64,000 nt of DNA from Orbicella franksi (lineage: Eukaryota). Positions 1 through 13,600 of this stretch are shown here, in pieces. The stretch covers positions 14,694,001-14,758,000 of the forward strand of contig OZ116702.1 of assembly GCA_964199315.1 (NCBI GenBank), given 5' to 3'. A program made the position numbers and the translations under genes. Positions within the stretch are counted from its first letter, which is position 1; each line of letters begins with the position of its first letter. The notes under the pieces are model-generated. The model was not told the DNA's origin. It was given only the letters and a program-made list of their open reading frames with translations, and did not search any database.

Positions 1-283
1 TAACATCCTGACCTTTCAGTATATATTCAAAGCACTTCATTTGAAGAGGTTTTAAATTTAAAGGTGGAAAATTACCGTTATTTAAGGAAAATCTGACTCG
101 ATGAAGCACTGACAAAAATTTTGGTTCACTTGACAAGACCGCCATCTTGAAAGTTCCGTTTAACATATGATAATTTTGTACACCCAAGATATTTGGTTGT
201 TCCGAGATCATGTGACCAGCCGATCCCAGGGCCTTTTCCCGCCCCACCCCCAAGCCAGGGAAAAGACCCTGGGAATGAGGTTG
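1..283 (-). repeat. Interspersed repeat with CAACCTC(A/G)TTCCCAGGG terminus; far end probably beyond the window start
   Basis: GACCCTGGGAATGAGGTTG ends at 283. The same terminus (GACCCTGGGAACGAGGTTG) recurs near 63880-63897. It interrupts the reconstructed minus-strand ORF at 284. Confidence 0.55.
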
Positions 284-541
284 TCTCACTATAGCCAAAT
301 TTCCTTCTTCGTTTTCAGTTAAGCAAACGTTAATCAGAACTCTATTGTCCACAACCTGTTTGGGACTGGATCCTGGATTGTTGACTTTCCTTTTAAACCC
401 AGCTTTGTTGTTTGGCTTGTTAAGCTTATATCCTATGCATTCTTCCACTTTGGAGGCCAAGTATTGCAATGAAGACTTCGTAGATGAAGAGAACGAAGCA
501 CATTCATCTTTGGGTGTACCTATTCTTGCATTCGGATGTGA
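284..541 (-). pseudogene. 3' continuation of the zinc-ribbon ORF split by the CACTA-type element (5' part at 20518-20604)
   Basis: Removing 544-20517 and one TA gives a stop-free frame of 115 codons: MAEFCVSCGSKLNPGDKVCLKCGFKVAEI-SHPNARIGTPKDEC...RVLINVCLTENEEGNLAIVR. Confidence 0.75.
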
Positions 542-3500
542 TACACTGTAAAAACTGACTAGTTAAAATAACTATTTAAAATAGTCGTAACTAATTTTAA
601 TAGTCATTTTGACCATTCTAAAAAGGCGAAAATTTCGACTAAATGAAACAGTTAAAGTAACCTTAACTGAGAGGTCATTTTGACCATCTATATTAGTTAT
701 TAGAATTCCAACTTTTAAGATTAGTTTGAGTGACCAAGACATAAGTTGCGGAAAGACTGTAATTATGACAAGGAGCAAAAAGACATAAATGAGGAAATTG
801 ATCACCCAAGCTCCTCTCAATAACTCCTTGCAGCAAGTTAATACCTGAAATCCCTGATGCTTCATTTCCCGAACTGTTCAGCCAAATAACACAAATAAGT
901 TCTGGACACAATTACGATTGAATTGACCAGCCTTTAGGAGGCACTAAAAAACTTTTAAGTCACTTTACCCATTCAAGAACGGTTATATCTTCAACTAAAG
1001 GAAGCAGTTGATGTCACCCTGGAAATGGAAATGTTGCTTTAACCGATTGATGTGATATTAGTTATGATATAGCTGTAATTATAATTCGATGCATTTTTTC
1101 CTTTTCAAATTGGCCAAGAGCCCACCACGTGACCTGCATATAACTGCCTACAAGTAATGGTCTGTTCGTGTGTAATTGTAACCGCACTCTTGTGTTAGTC
1201 CGTGAGCCAGGCAGCCAAATTTAGGCTGTCGGTATCATTAAGGGTGAATAAGTTTGCTGGTGTTTTTTGAAAGGCCCTGCTATTCTAGACTTGGAAAATC
1301 CATGATAGCACTGGATCGATGGTAGCTCCTGCATGCTGACTGCATTTATTTGCACCCCCTCCCAAGCTATAGCACATTAGGCCCAAGTTAATGTTCAATT
1401 ATATGCAAATACAAATGCTTATAGAATGCAATAAAAGTAAGTGTGGAGACATAATTAGACTTTTAAGAGTCTACATGTGTTTGAGAACATTTTGTTTCAT
1501 ATGCGAGCCTGCAAATTTTGGTCAGCGGTTTGTTAATTTATGCCATGTCTGAGAACTCTGTTGCTTGATGTATCCGCCATTTTGAAAAGGCCAACTTCGT
1601 TAAGGTAAGTGTTTAAACTACTAGATATCTATCAGTCGCTTAATTATTCCACAAAGTATGAATTTTATAAACATTATAGTTTTGTGTACTCTTGATTTTG
1701 AATGAACCAGTTTTAAAAACTTTGTTTTGATTGCAAAATAGCATGACAAAGACGACAGAGCTGAGGCACACTAGATACGAGATGTTCAGTAAAACATAAT
1801 CTAGAGTACAAACAAACAAAGAAAAACAGTCCATTTCTGTCGTGGCAATCAATAGCTGGAAATATCTTTAACCTTCTTCATAAAAACTCTAGTATTTTTT
1901 TTAAAACTTGCCCTCCTTTATGCAAAAAACTCTGCTTCTCGGTTTTTTCTGATAATTCACCTTTTATCTACTTGGAACTTAAATTGTACTGTGTGTTATA
2001 AGAAAACAAATCAGCTCCCATTAAATCTTTTTTGAACTGTTTTAGAAATTAGCCTTTCAGTTCGATCTAAAGTTTGAAAATACTTGATCTATTACTGGTG
2101 CTAATTTACTAGTGCATCTATAACGTATATGAAATCATTGATATCATTTACGCTATTGTTTCAGAGTAAATAATAGATTTATTTAATTCTCCATTTACTG
2201 AGCTTGCGTTTGCCATTCAGATTGAATGGAAAAGGACAAGCACCAGTGCATAATACACTATGCTGCATGTGATAAGGAGGAAGAACATCTTGTGTCTCCA
2301 AAGGACATCAGCTCTTGGCTGGCTTTGCTGGAAGCAGCCAAAGTTCGAAATCATCAGGCAGTTTTGGATGTCGCCAAAACAGTCAAAGAAAATCACATAC
2401 CAAACATCACATACCACCGAAAATGTAGAAGTCTATTTACTATGAAAAGAGACTTAGAATCTATTAAGCGAAAAAGAGAAGAGTCAGTTGATGAAGACGC
2501 CAATCCCACAAAAAGGCAGTGTAGGAGAACATCCACTGAAGGGAGAGTATATAATCCTGTATGCATTTTCTGTAATAAGGTTAAATTCATGAAAAATCCA
2601 AAGTCAAGGGAGAAACTCATCCAGGCTGTAAAACTGAGGGCAGATACAACACTCCATCATTGTGCAATATTAAACAATGATGCAAGAATTCTTGCCATAA
2701 CTAGCAGAGACATAGTGGCCACAGAAGCCCACTACCACGCTTCATGCTATAGAAGTTACACTAACATTAAAACCAAAAAACGTGATCATGTAGGTGATAA
2801 AGAAGTGGACAATTCTTCACAGGTAACTGAAATGCCATCATACGAAGTAGCTGAAGTAGAAGCATACACACAACTTTTTCATTACATCAGAAACGAGGTA
2901 ATTTCATATAAGAAGGTCGTACCAGTTGCCCAGCTTGCGGAGAACCTGGAAGCGTTCATGTTAAGCAAGGGTGAAGCTCTCAAAACTGCCACAAAGAAGA
3001 ACATCCGTAAAAGGCTTGAGTCAGAACTGGGAAATCCTATCCATATTTTCCCAAATGATTCTGGAAAGTTGCTGTTAGTTCCTGATAGCTTATTGTTTAA
3101 GGATGTTGTCCTTGATAATGATAATCTCTGTAAAGAGCTAGCAATCTGGAAGGTGAAGCTAACTGATGACAACAAGATAACAGACCAAGCTTCATCACAG
3201 ATCCGGGAAGTTATAAGAAGAGATATGAAACCGACTGCCTGGCCTTGCAACCCGTCTGATCTGTCAAATGCTGTGGAAATGCCTACCCAGCTGCATTGTT
3301 TTCTAGTTGGACTGCTAACTGGAAACCCTCAGAATGAAAAGCCATCAGAGAGAGTGTCAAATCTCATCCAGTCATTTGGTCAAGACCTAATATTATGCTG
3401 TCACATGCGGTCAGCATAAGCTTCCCAAGCATGTGGTCCTTCCTTATGCTGTCAAAACATTAACTGGAAACACAGAGATAATCAGGATACTTAACAAGTC

Positions 3501-3642
3501 TGGCCACGGAATGTCATATACTCAGCTTGAGGAAAACGACACCACTTTGTGTCTACAAAAGCTGACATCAGGTCTGGATGAAAGAGTGTCACTTCCTGCC
3601 TCCATTAAGCCACACGTCTTCACAAACCTTGCCTGGGACAAC

Positions 3643-4698
3643 TGTCATGGAATGCTTAATTACATCCCATAGGAACAGCTTCTTTAGAATCATATTTATT
3701 CTGTAACACTTGATTGTGTGATTTGTATTCTTTCATTACGTAACCAGTTCTGTTCAATACTTTGTAATTAGTCCTCAACCAATAGTTTTCTTTTCCTTTC
3801 TTTGATTGCAACACCTTGCGTTTGCATATTTAGGGTTTTTGGGGTGATACGTGTTGAGAGGTTTTTCTGTGTGTAGAAGCAGCAGGTTGAAGTGTAGTTA
3901 CGAGCGAGGCTAGAAAGTGGCAGGAACACGTCTGGAAGCACATTTTCATTACTGAGAAGCCATCAGTAAACCATTCCTAAATTCACGACAAAGAGCCATT
4001 TGCCGGGGAACGTGAGTGCTAAATAGTTGGTCGAAGCAATCAAAGGACAAGCGTAAAGTTCTGTTGAAGCAATCGAAGGACAAGCGTGCGTAAAGTTCTG
4101 TCAAAGCCACTGAAGGACAAGCGTAAAGTTCTGTCGAAGCAATCGAAGGACAAGCATAAAGTTCTGTCGAAGCCGTCAAAGGACAAGCGTAAAGTTCTGT
4201 TAAAGTCGGCCATTGTAAACCGGACAGCTGAAGTAAATCAGAGAAGTCAAGTTGAAATATACCGGACTGAGTGAAGACGTAATCGGAAGAAGTAAGTTGA
4301 AAGGTGGGAGTAATAAACGGGAGTTTGAATTGGTTCGTTGTGTGTCATGTGTTGGTGGAACATTGTTGGGGTCAAGTTCATGGACAAGAACTTCAGACGC
4401 AAGGTGAACTGAACTGAACTATGGAAACGCCTTTTTTTTAAGGAATATTCTTGTAAATAGATTAAGTGTACTGTAATATTTAGCTTGTTTATTATATTCT
4501 TGTAAATAAATTAAGGTTAATTATTTAGCTCATTGTATTATTGTTAGTTACCCTATTTAAAGTATAATGTTATTTTAGTGTAATTGTTATAATAAATGCT
4601 TGTAGACTTAGGTAGTTGTTGCGTGTTTTCTCGGGTTCGTTTATGCTTAGTTTTTTTTTGTTAGAGAGAGCCCACCTTTGTGGCGTGGTTTCGTCACA
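3643..4698 (+). mobile_element. Solo LTR (1,056 bp) of an LTR retrotransposon
   Basis: TGT...ACA ends with a 5-bp TSD ACAAC (3638-3642 / 4699-4703). Removing it restores the Academ codons W-D-N-I-D-R. AATAAA near 4590 suggests + orientation. Confidence 0.85.
4030..4205 (+). repeat. 33-bp tandem repeat (about 5 copies) inside the solo LTR
   Basis: Unit GTTCTGTCGAAGCAATCGAAGGACAAGCGTAAA; it explains the spurious RKVLSKQSKDK-repeat ORF. Confidence 0.85.
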
Positions 4699-7600
4699 AC
4701 AACATAGACAGAATTGAGGAAACCTTGTCAGGCAAAGGAACATCCCACCGTGTCAATGGAATCGTTGTACAGCCTAGAGTCTTCGGTCCTGACCCACCAC
4801 GAAAGATCTACCACGCATTGACAAAAGGAAACAGAGGACTTTGAGCACAGAACATCAACCCCAACTTGACGTATATGTCGCTGGCCCTTGTGTGGGACCG
4901 CGTCCTCTCAAAACCAAGGATGACTATGCTGGTGAAGCCAACAAAGCTGCGAGAAATGCAGAACAGAAAAACATGCTATGGATCCTTGCTAGGCAAGTCA
5001 ATTCAGACATCCAAAAGGTGCCTAGTTGGACCGGATTTAACATCCAAACAAGGGATCAAGTTCAAGTAACACCAGATGTCGAACAGTGTTTGAGATCCTT
5101 AACCAGTCAGAGGAAATCAGGAAGAAACTTGATCTATCATCAATTGTCGTTGTCATGGATCAAGCACTTTACGCAAAAGCAGCGGAAATTGCATGGAAGC
5201 AAGACCAGTTTTCAAACATTGTTTTGTGAATTGGAACATTTTACACAATTTGCATTGCATTGGCTATCCTGGGGCAATGATTTGGAGATAGCGGTTTGAA
5301 GGACATCTTCAATGAATCACAGATAGTTGCTGAGGGCTCCATAAGTGGTGTCATTGATGGAAAGCATTACAACTGTGGCGTGCGGGCACACAAGTACCTG
5401 TATGAAGCACTGATGAGGTTAGCATGGACTGAGTTCATGAGAAGGCTTGAGAAAAGCGATCCCAATCATCGCATCACAGTGGCGTCTTTTCTTGAGCAGG
5501 TGGATACACTGGCTAATAATTTGAAGGAAGAGAGCTTAGACCAGCTGCTTCAATGCCCAGTCCTGCCTCAAGTGATGACTATGCGGAGAGAGTTCCTGAA
5601 TCATCTTCGTCAAAGTAATGGTGAACTTTCAGCATTCTGGATGTCATATGTGGATATGGTAGAGGGAATAGTTCTTGGCCTGTTGCGAGCATCTCGTGAA
5701 GGTGACTGGGATATACATCTCCATTCCATACGAATGATGATCCCTTGGTGTTTCGCCTATGACAAGGTGAACTATTCACAATACCTGACCCCTCACTTTG
5801 CTCAGATGACAAATCTCGGTGACAAAAATCCTGAAGTACAGAAGGCATTCAAAAAAGGCAGTTCTTCCGTTCAGTTAGCCAGCAGCAATCCCTTTGGGAG
5901 GATTCCAGTTGACCAGACAGCTGAGGTCACAGTTAACCCAGATACCCAGAATCCTGGTGGAACCACACGCTTTAGCTTAAAACCTGCAACTGTTCAGCAC
6001 TACTACCTCACAGCAGAATACTGAAGTGCATTTCTCGTGCAGCTAAGAAACATGGTACAAGGATCCAACTTGGAAACGCAGCATACAGAGCTTCAGTCAT
6101 CAAGAATAAGGAGAGATGAGCTGGCGGTTTCGTCCATAGTTGACCTCATCCAAGGCTGGGTTAATCCATTTTCCGAGAGCCAAGAACTGATTAGCATTTC
6201 AACTGCAAAGAAAGCCCCCAGAGAGATTGCCACAGACCTGAAAACAGCACACGCAGTTGGTGAAAGATGTTACTCAAAGTTTAAAGACAAGAGGATGGAG
6301 AACACTCCTCAAATCAGAAAATTCCATGACCCTGTGAAGACCAACAAACTTAAGACATTCAGTGACATGAACAAGAAGAAACATGTGCAAACCAACGAGC
6401 TATCAATTAGTTTGAGAGCAGACAGGTCCTTGTTTGGAAGAATCATAGTTATTGCACAAGAACGAAGATTGCAGATGGATACCATCCTTTCACACCCTCT
6501 TGGACCACTTCCCTGGGCCTTGTCAACTCCAGATGGCCTTCTGAGAAAGACCAACGAGGCCTCCCTGGCATCACTGTTACAGAAAAATGTTCAGTTCTCT
6601 GAGGAAGTCCCTGTAAATTCTGCTGCAGTTATTGATGGCATGTCTCTGGTGCAAAGGCTAAAGGGAGATCAACTGACCTTTGGTGATGTCACTATGACTG
6701 TCCTGTCTATGACAATGAAAGAAGGGGTGTCGCATAACAGAATAGATGTCGTATTTGACACCTACAAGGAGCTATCCATTAAGAACAGTGAGCGGCAACT
6801 GCGAGGTGAAGAGTCAGGACACCAGCTTGTTAACATCACTAGCACACAGATAGTTAGGCAGTGGAGGAATTTCCTGACAAGAGTAAGCAATAAGACGAGC
6901 CTTATCACCTTCATCGTCAACAAGTGGAGAAAGGAAGCATGCAGACAGAAGTTGGAGGAGAAACTGTTGTATGCCAATGCTGGTGATACATGCTACAGAA
7001 TCACTGCAGAAGGTAGTGAGGAGTTTCCAACACTGAAGTCTCAACAAGAAGAGGCAGATGGATGACTGCTCCACGCTTCCCATGCAGCTAATGAGGGCTT
7101 CAACTCTGTTCTTGTCTGTTCGGAGGACACTGATGTATTTATCATGTCCTTGGCATTTAGCAATGAGATAGGAACTTCCCTGTTCATGAACTGTGGAACT
7201 CGTACACGGACAAAGGTTATTGACATTACAATAGTTGCTGCCTCACTTGGTCCAGAAGTGTGCAAAGGTGTTCTCGGAATGCACGCATTCACTGGGTGCG
7301 ATACTGTGAGCGCATTTGCAGGAAAGGGAAAGGCACAAGCATTGAAGCTATTAAAGAAGAACACAAGGAGCCGAGAAGCCTTAACAGAGCTGGGAAAAGA
7401 GTGGGGCCTATCTCCTGAATTAACAGATAAATTAGAGGAACTTACTTGTCTTCTTTACTCTAGTAACACGGTCACCAAGAAAGTCAATGAGCTGAGGTAC
7501 CAGCTGTTTTGTTCAAGAAGAGGGGAGATAGAAAGCCACCAGCTTCCTCCTTGCAGAGATTGTCTTGTGAAGCATGCAAAGAGAGCAAATTATCAGGTTG

Positions 7601-8637
7601 CCATATGGAAACGGTGTTTAGAGAAAGACCCACAAGTTCCGACTCCTGTTGGACAGGGATGGAAGATTGAGCATGAAGATGGTGTTGCCAAGTTAGTTGT
7701 TGACTGGATGGACGTAAAAGCAGCACCAGAGGCCATACTTGAGCTATTAGCGTGTAACTGCACTAAAAAGTGCGTCACCCCTAAATGTCTGTGTCACAAA
7801 TGGCCTAAGATACACTGATATGTGCAGGCTTGCTGAATGTGAGAACCAAGGTTCTGTTCAAGAGATCGAGAGTGCTGATGATGACAATCAAGTGAGCAGT
7901 GATGAGGAATATTAAACTGAACGCTAAAGAAGTTTCTGTGAATTCTCACAAGTACTCTCTATGTATGCTTTCTATGTATGCCAACTGGTAAATATAGAAA
8001 TTAGGTCAAGTGACTCATTTACTTAATGATATTCTTAACTATACCCACGTTAAAGAACATCAGAAACATTAAAAAGAGCAGGTTGAATTGAAGTGGATTG
8101 GAGTGCCTCGTAGTACAGTCTTACAATTGTCTGTCATGTAAAAATGCCATTTTAAAGGCCCTGGTCACATGTCCAGTGATGTAAACGACAGGATAAACAA
8201 CACAAAAATATAAAAATCATATTTGTAAAGCAATGTTGAGTAAGTGTTTTTGCAGATTTTGATGGACATTTAAAGCTAATGAACACACATATGTCAAACC
8301 AACTTCAGCCTCGTTTCCATGCCAAAGTCGTGCTCTGGTCATGTGACTAATGAAATGAACCATTTGTAATTAAAAATGAATGTGTGAAACAATGGTACTG
8401 TTGTGTATGTGTTCTGTTCATTTTGGTGGACATCTGAAGCTACTAAGCACAAAACAAGCTTCAGCCTCATTCCCGTGCCTGAGTCACACTTTAAAGAGCA
8501 CTGTTATCTACTAGTTACCATAGAATCATTGCTATCATGCTTTTCCCTACCATTTATGGTCTAATCTACTTGAAAACCACCATAAACCTTATTCACCCCG
8601 GATGATACCAACCAGCCCTACTGGCTCACGGACTATG

Positions 8638-8743
8638 TAGCCTGTGAGCAGGCTCGTCCGAATTCTTTAGTTTCGCGCTCATTGGCCCACTTTGCTTACC
8701 GAATATATTTTTCCGTCCTCGCCGGGAGCCTGTTCGCAGGCTA
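8638..8743. mobile_element. About 106-bp MITE with TAG...CTA termini (putative non-autonomous Academ, 9-bp TSD class)
   Basis: 18-bp TIRs TAGCCTGTGAGCAGGCTC / GAGCCTGTTCGCAGGCTA (2 mismatches). After removing the AcademX, the flanks are ACTCTTGTG (1186-1194) and GCTCTTGTG (8744-8752), an 8/9 match. Confidence 0.7.
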
Positions 8744-10655
8744 GCTCTTGTGTGGAAATTGTTAATTAACATGACTAGTTGGATGACTGGGTGGCTAAAA
8801 GCAAATTAAAGTTATAGTATTGAGTACAGCAACTATTATCTGTACTCAACAACACAAATGGAACCAAATCGAACGTTCGATTAATCCAAGTTAATCGGTT
8901 CGGTAATTTCACCGCCAAGATAAGACGCGAATATTGCGTGACAAAGCCATCAAATTCATGATATTCCTGATGGTGTTATTACAACACAAAATAGTTTTCT
9001 TTATATTTGTGTGCACAACCTTTAAGCACCTCAAACCTTTTACCACCCAAGAAAATGAGGCTGGGACTCTTATCGTAACAGAAAGTTTAGTTTGTGTTGA
9101 GCTCTTACTCTTCTCCATTTGTAAATTGCGTGCAAGTATGAGCAAGAAGAGTATCAGTTGGCCAAGCTGGAGTTTGAATTTTTAGCTGAATGTGCATGCG
9201 AACACTAACATAAACAATGTAGTGGCGATCTATTATAAACAATCAATAAGCATCTTTTTTTAAGTTTCGGTTCTTTGGGAAAGTTTAGTGGTGCTTGATA
9301 CTATCTAAAAGTGAGTCGGTTGCAAGTCACTAAGTCACTAAGTTTTGCTACAACAAACGGATCAGAGTAGAACAGTGAAACTTCATGCGAGATCGAGTGA
9401 AAACTACAAGATTTTGGAATTTCCTGCCACGTCCTGATTGATAGAAACTATCAAAGATACCGCATTTTCAATGTTTGCGAAAAATTTACATGTCAATTTG
9501 GCCATTGTCAATTTAATAACACACTTGACCACTTCTATGCTTTCAAACTCAATGAGTTCATTCAGTCCTCCGGGATACAGCTGAAACGATCGGCCTCTGT
9601 ATTACCGACTCAGAGATTCAACTCATTTGATTAGTTTTCGGAAAAGTTGTTAGTATAAATATTATCGGGAGAGATGGAATTGCAGCTGAAGAAACACTCA
9701 ACCGAAGAACACGTTCGTTTTCTGGGTGAAAATGCGTTTGAGAAACTGACGACTTGATTGAAGTTTTCAAAAGTAAGCCAAATATCACGTGCAACTTCTT
9801 CGACCACCCACTCGTTCAGATCATTGTCTCATAGACCTTTCTTTCTCACAAAGCTAAACCCTGTTGATGGAGGAGACTTTCCTGATTCCGATTTCCGCAC
9901 CATAAACTTCATTCATGCCCAAACGGATCGAAAGCATGCAAGACCGCAAGAGGTCAGTCATCGCGGCATGGACAAAGCAAACACATACGGTATGATTTTC
10001 TAGCTCAAGTAGCTAGGTATAAGGCCTACTACTACTGGGTTTGCCCAAGTTTCTGTGTTTCTGTTTCTACTGATATGTATGTTAAAACTAAGGTATACTA
10101 AACTCTGACTAAACTCGCCGGAAGGTGCATAAATTTTCCCGCCTATATGTTACATCAACGTAGCTGTGAACGTGCGGTCTACTTCAGTTTATATTTTGAC
10201 TGTAGTGACTGAGGCTGGAATTAATTCAAATTTAGAAGGACAAATTGTGTTAAGTGGCGGACGTATAAACATGTTTTTCGTTGTAAGGTTGTTTGAAGTT
10301 TCGTAGGTGTATATTTGTCTTATCTGCTTTCCCGCCTAAAAAACAGTAACTTCTTGCAATGTAGCCAGGCATCTCCAAGCACGACTTTGTCACCACGCCA
10401 AAACGTCTCTGAGTCTAGCCCTGTAAATTTTTTCCTATTCTAAACATATCGTTAAGCTATGTTTTAATGTACAATTTGATTATTGCTGACCCCATTTCGC
10501 TCACACAGGTAAGGTGACACATTTTACATATATAGTTTAATTTTATGACTTCAGTAAAATGTAGGGTTATGTTGTGCTATTAAGATACATGTACTAACTT
10601 AAAATCCAGTGGCAGTATTAATGATCAACAGCCACCGGTAGTAACGAAAAACTAC

Positions 10656-13600
10656 TGTTACAATATACGCCTCTTCCGGTTGATTGTTATTCGTATTGAT
10701 TGTGCAATGACGATATATCGAGTTACGTGTGATCCGAATAAAGTTCTCATATCATCCTGCACATGGTCGTGTACACAACCTGATACATGGTGTCAGAAGT
10801 AAAACTACCCCCATACTAGTGAATACGCCTCTATAGGCCGACCATTGCTGTTACTACGAGTATTACACTCATTTCAAGGAACACAGTCGCTCTACACGAT
10901 GCCAGAGACAGAACCGTCGACGAGTGCCCCACGTGCGCTTACATTTACGTCGAATTTCCTGATTCCTTCGCCGATGAACGTCAAGGGCGATGCAGTGAAC
11001 AATTGGGAATTCTTTCGGCAACAGTGGACAGACTACGAAGTCGCCACAAGCCTCGACAAGCAAGAACAGAAGATTCGTCTGGCTACATTTCGTTCCGTAA
11101 TGGGCAAGGAATGTCTGCAGATATTTCTAAACCTGAAACTCAGCCCCGAGGAGCGAGACGACATAAGCGAATGCATTAAGGCGTTAGAGTTGTATTTCAA
11201 ACCGAAGAGAAATGTAGTCTACGAGCGCTACCAATTCAACATGTGCACACAGAACCTCGAAGAGCCCGTGGATAGTTTCATTAACCGATTGCGAAAGGCC
11301 GCATCCACGTGTGAATTCGGAATGCTGACAGACGAGCTGATCAGAGACAGATTGGTTATTGGTCTACAGGATCATTCAACAAAACTGCGTCTCCTGAAAG
11401 AAGAAACTCTAGATCTCAACAAGGCCCTCAACATTTGTAGGTCAAGCGAAGCTGCAAGCCACCAGCTAAAAGCCATGAAGATAGACGAAAAAAAGCCACA
11501 GAGGAGGTCCGTGTTGTTCGAGAACGCAATTCACGTGATCACAAGAAACGTGATCCCAAGAAACGTGATCCCAAGAAACGTCAAGATCAAGCGCCAATGC
11601 GAAAAGAGTGGCAGTGCTTTAATTGTGGAGGAAAACAGAGACACAACCTCGAAAATTGTCCGGCTTACGGCCATGAATGCAAAGCATGCAAGAAGCCCAA
11701 CCACTTCGCGTCAGTATGCAGATCAGCTCCTAGACGACAAGTTAAACAAATAGCCGAGGAAACCGATGATGAACAGGAAACAGACTCCGATGAATTCTTA
11801 TACCAAGTCGAAGAAGTTTCGTCAGTGCAAGCCAAAGGGAAACAGCTCTTCGCCTCGCTCAAATTCTACGACGCTAACGCTCGTTACAAGACAAAATTGG
11901 ATTGTCAGTTGGACACAGGAGCGACGTGCAATGTTCTAACTCATCACGACCTGTCAGTCATCAGCCAGAACGGAAATCCGGCTCTCCAAACAAGCAAGGT
12001 CACACTCCGTTTGTTTAATGGCTCGGTGATGAAACCACTTGGAGAAGTGAAACTCAACGTTCTCAAAGAAAACAAGCAACGGCACGAGCTCAAGTTTCAA
12101 GTTGTAGAAGGAAACAGCAAGCCGTTATTGTCCGCAGAAACTTGTGAAATGCTAGGACTACTAAAAATAAACTGTGAGCCGACAACGTTAGTTAACACTA
12201 TTCAAGAAACCAAACCACTGCTCACCAAAGAAAAGGTCCTCACTGACTTTAAAGACGTGTTTGAAGGCCTCGGACACATTGGCAAAGCAAGTTTCACAGT
12301 TGACCCAGAAGTCACGCCAGTGCATCACGCACCCAGACGCATTGCAGTCACGCTACACAAAGAAGTCAAAGCAAAACTAGAAGAGCTTGAGAAGAACAAC
12401 ATCCTAGTAAAGGAAACTGAACCCACTGATTGGATCAGCAGTATGGTCGTCGTTGCCAAGCCCGGCAAAATCAGAATATGTCTAGATCCCAAGGACCTTA
12501 ACGGAGCAGTAAAACGGCCAAAATACCAACCTTAGAAGAAGTCCTTCCACGGCTAAGCAACGCCAAAGTCTTCACAACGCTAGATGCAAAGGATGGATTT
12601 TGGACGAAACAAGCAGCAAAATGACCACCTTTTGGACGCCCATGGGCCGGTACCGCTACCTCCGCATGCCGTTTGGCATCTGTGCCGCACCGGAGGAATT
12701 TGAATGCAAACTACATGAGCACCTTGGTGACTTGGAGGGCGTAGAAGTGCTACGAGACGACATTCTGGTGATAGGGTCTGGTGATACTCTGGAGGAAGCC
12801 AATGCAGACCACGACAAAAACTTGCTTCAACTTCTGAAAAGAGCTCGCAAGGTTAATCTGAAGTTTAACAGCAAGAAGCTGAACCTCCGAAAGCCAGAAG
12901 TCAAGTACATGGGTCATGTCCTCTCCAGGGAAGGGCTCAAACCAGACCCAGATAAAGTGCAAGCTGTCAGCGAAATGCCCAAGCCCACCTGCAAACAGGA
13001 AACACTCAGTCTTCTTGGCTTTGTAAACTATCTCGCCAAGTTCCTTCCCCGGTTGTCAGAGATTGCCCAACCAATACGAGAACTGACCAAGAAGGATGCG
13101 AGGTTCATTTGGTCCAGACAGCACAATGAAGCCTTTGAGCAGATCAGAAAACTAGTGACAAGACACCCAGTGCTCAAGTACTACAACATGAATGCCGAGG
13201 TAACCCTACAGTGTGATGCCAGCGAGAAGGGCCTCGGAGCTACATTGTTGCAAAACGGACAACCAGTTGCGTTCGCCTCTAGAACACTCTCACAAGTAGA
13301 GCAACGGTATGCACAGATAGAAAAGGAGTGCCTGGCCATCGTCTTTGGCTGTTCCAAATTCAGCCAGTACATTACAAGAAGAGGGAAAATCACTGTTGAG
13401 ACTGACCACAAGCCGCTACAACCCATCTTTAAGAAGTCTCTCCTAGCAGCCCCAAGCAGACTACAGAGAATGCTCCTGCGACTTCAAAGGTACAACTTAG
13501 AAGTGACGTACAAACCAGGATCCCAAATGTATGTAGCAGACCACCTGTCAAGAGCTTATCTCAAGAATCAAGACGATCAGCCTCACGACGACTTTCAGGT

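Larger units (their letters stand above)
2226..7915 (+). pseudogene. Academ transposase-XPG(PIN/H3TH)-Cys-rich polyprotein, disrupted
   Basis: Motifs EAHYHASCY, AWDN|IDRIEETLSGKGTSHRVNGI (rejoined across the solo LTR), WTGFN, MDQALYAKA, REGDW, DQTAEVTVN, IDG, DVVFDTY, EEAD, DTDV, HAFTGCDTVSAFAGKGK and terminal CNCTKKCVTPKCLC. Several frameshifts and stops; final TAA at 7913-7915. Confidence 0.85.
1196..8635 (+). mobile_element. Academ (AcademX, XPG-nuclease type) DNA transposon, both ends present
   Basis: Termini TAGTCCGTGAGCCAG...CTGGCTCACGGACTA (15 bp perfect, imperfect homology extends further), 3-bp TSD TGT (1193-1195 / 8636-8638), and a long transposase+XPG+Cys-rich coding region. Confidence 0.9.

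Noticed and set aside
693-911. Minus-strand ORF (CPELICVIWLNSSG...) as a captured host exon
   Set aside because: No recognisable domain and no convincing splice-site pair.
3949-4274. Repetitive ORFs (TELYACPS / RKVLSKQSKDK)
   Set aside because: Artefacts of the 33-bp tandem repeat in the solo LTR.
9400-9970. Coding-like stretch inside the CACTA
   Set aside because: The frames I translated contain several stops and no recognisable motif; cannot be assigned without a search.
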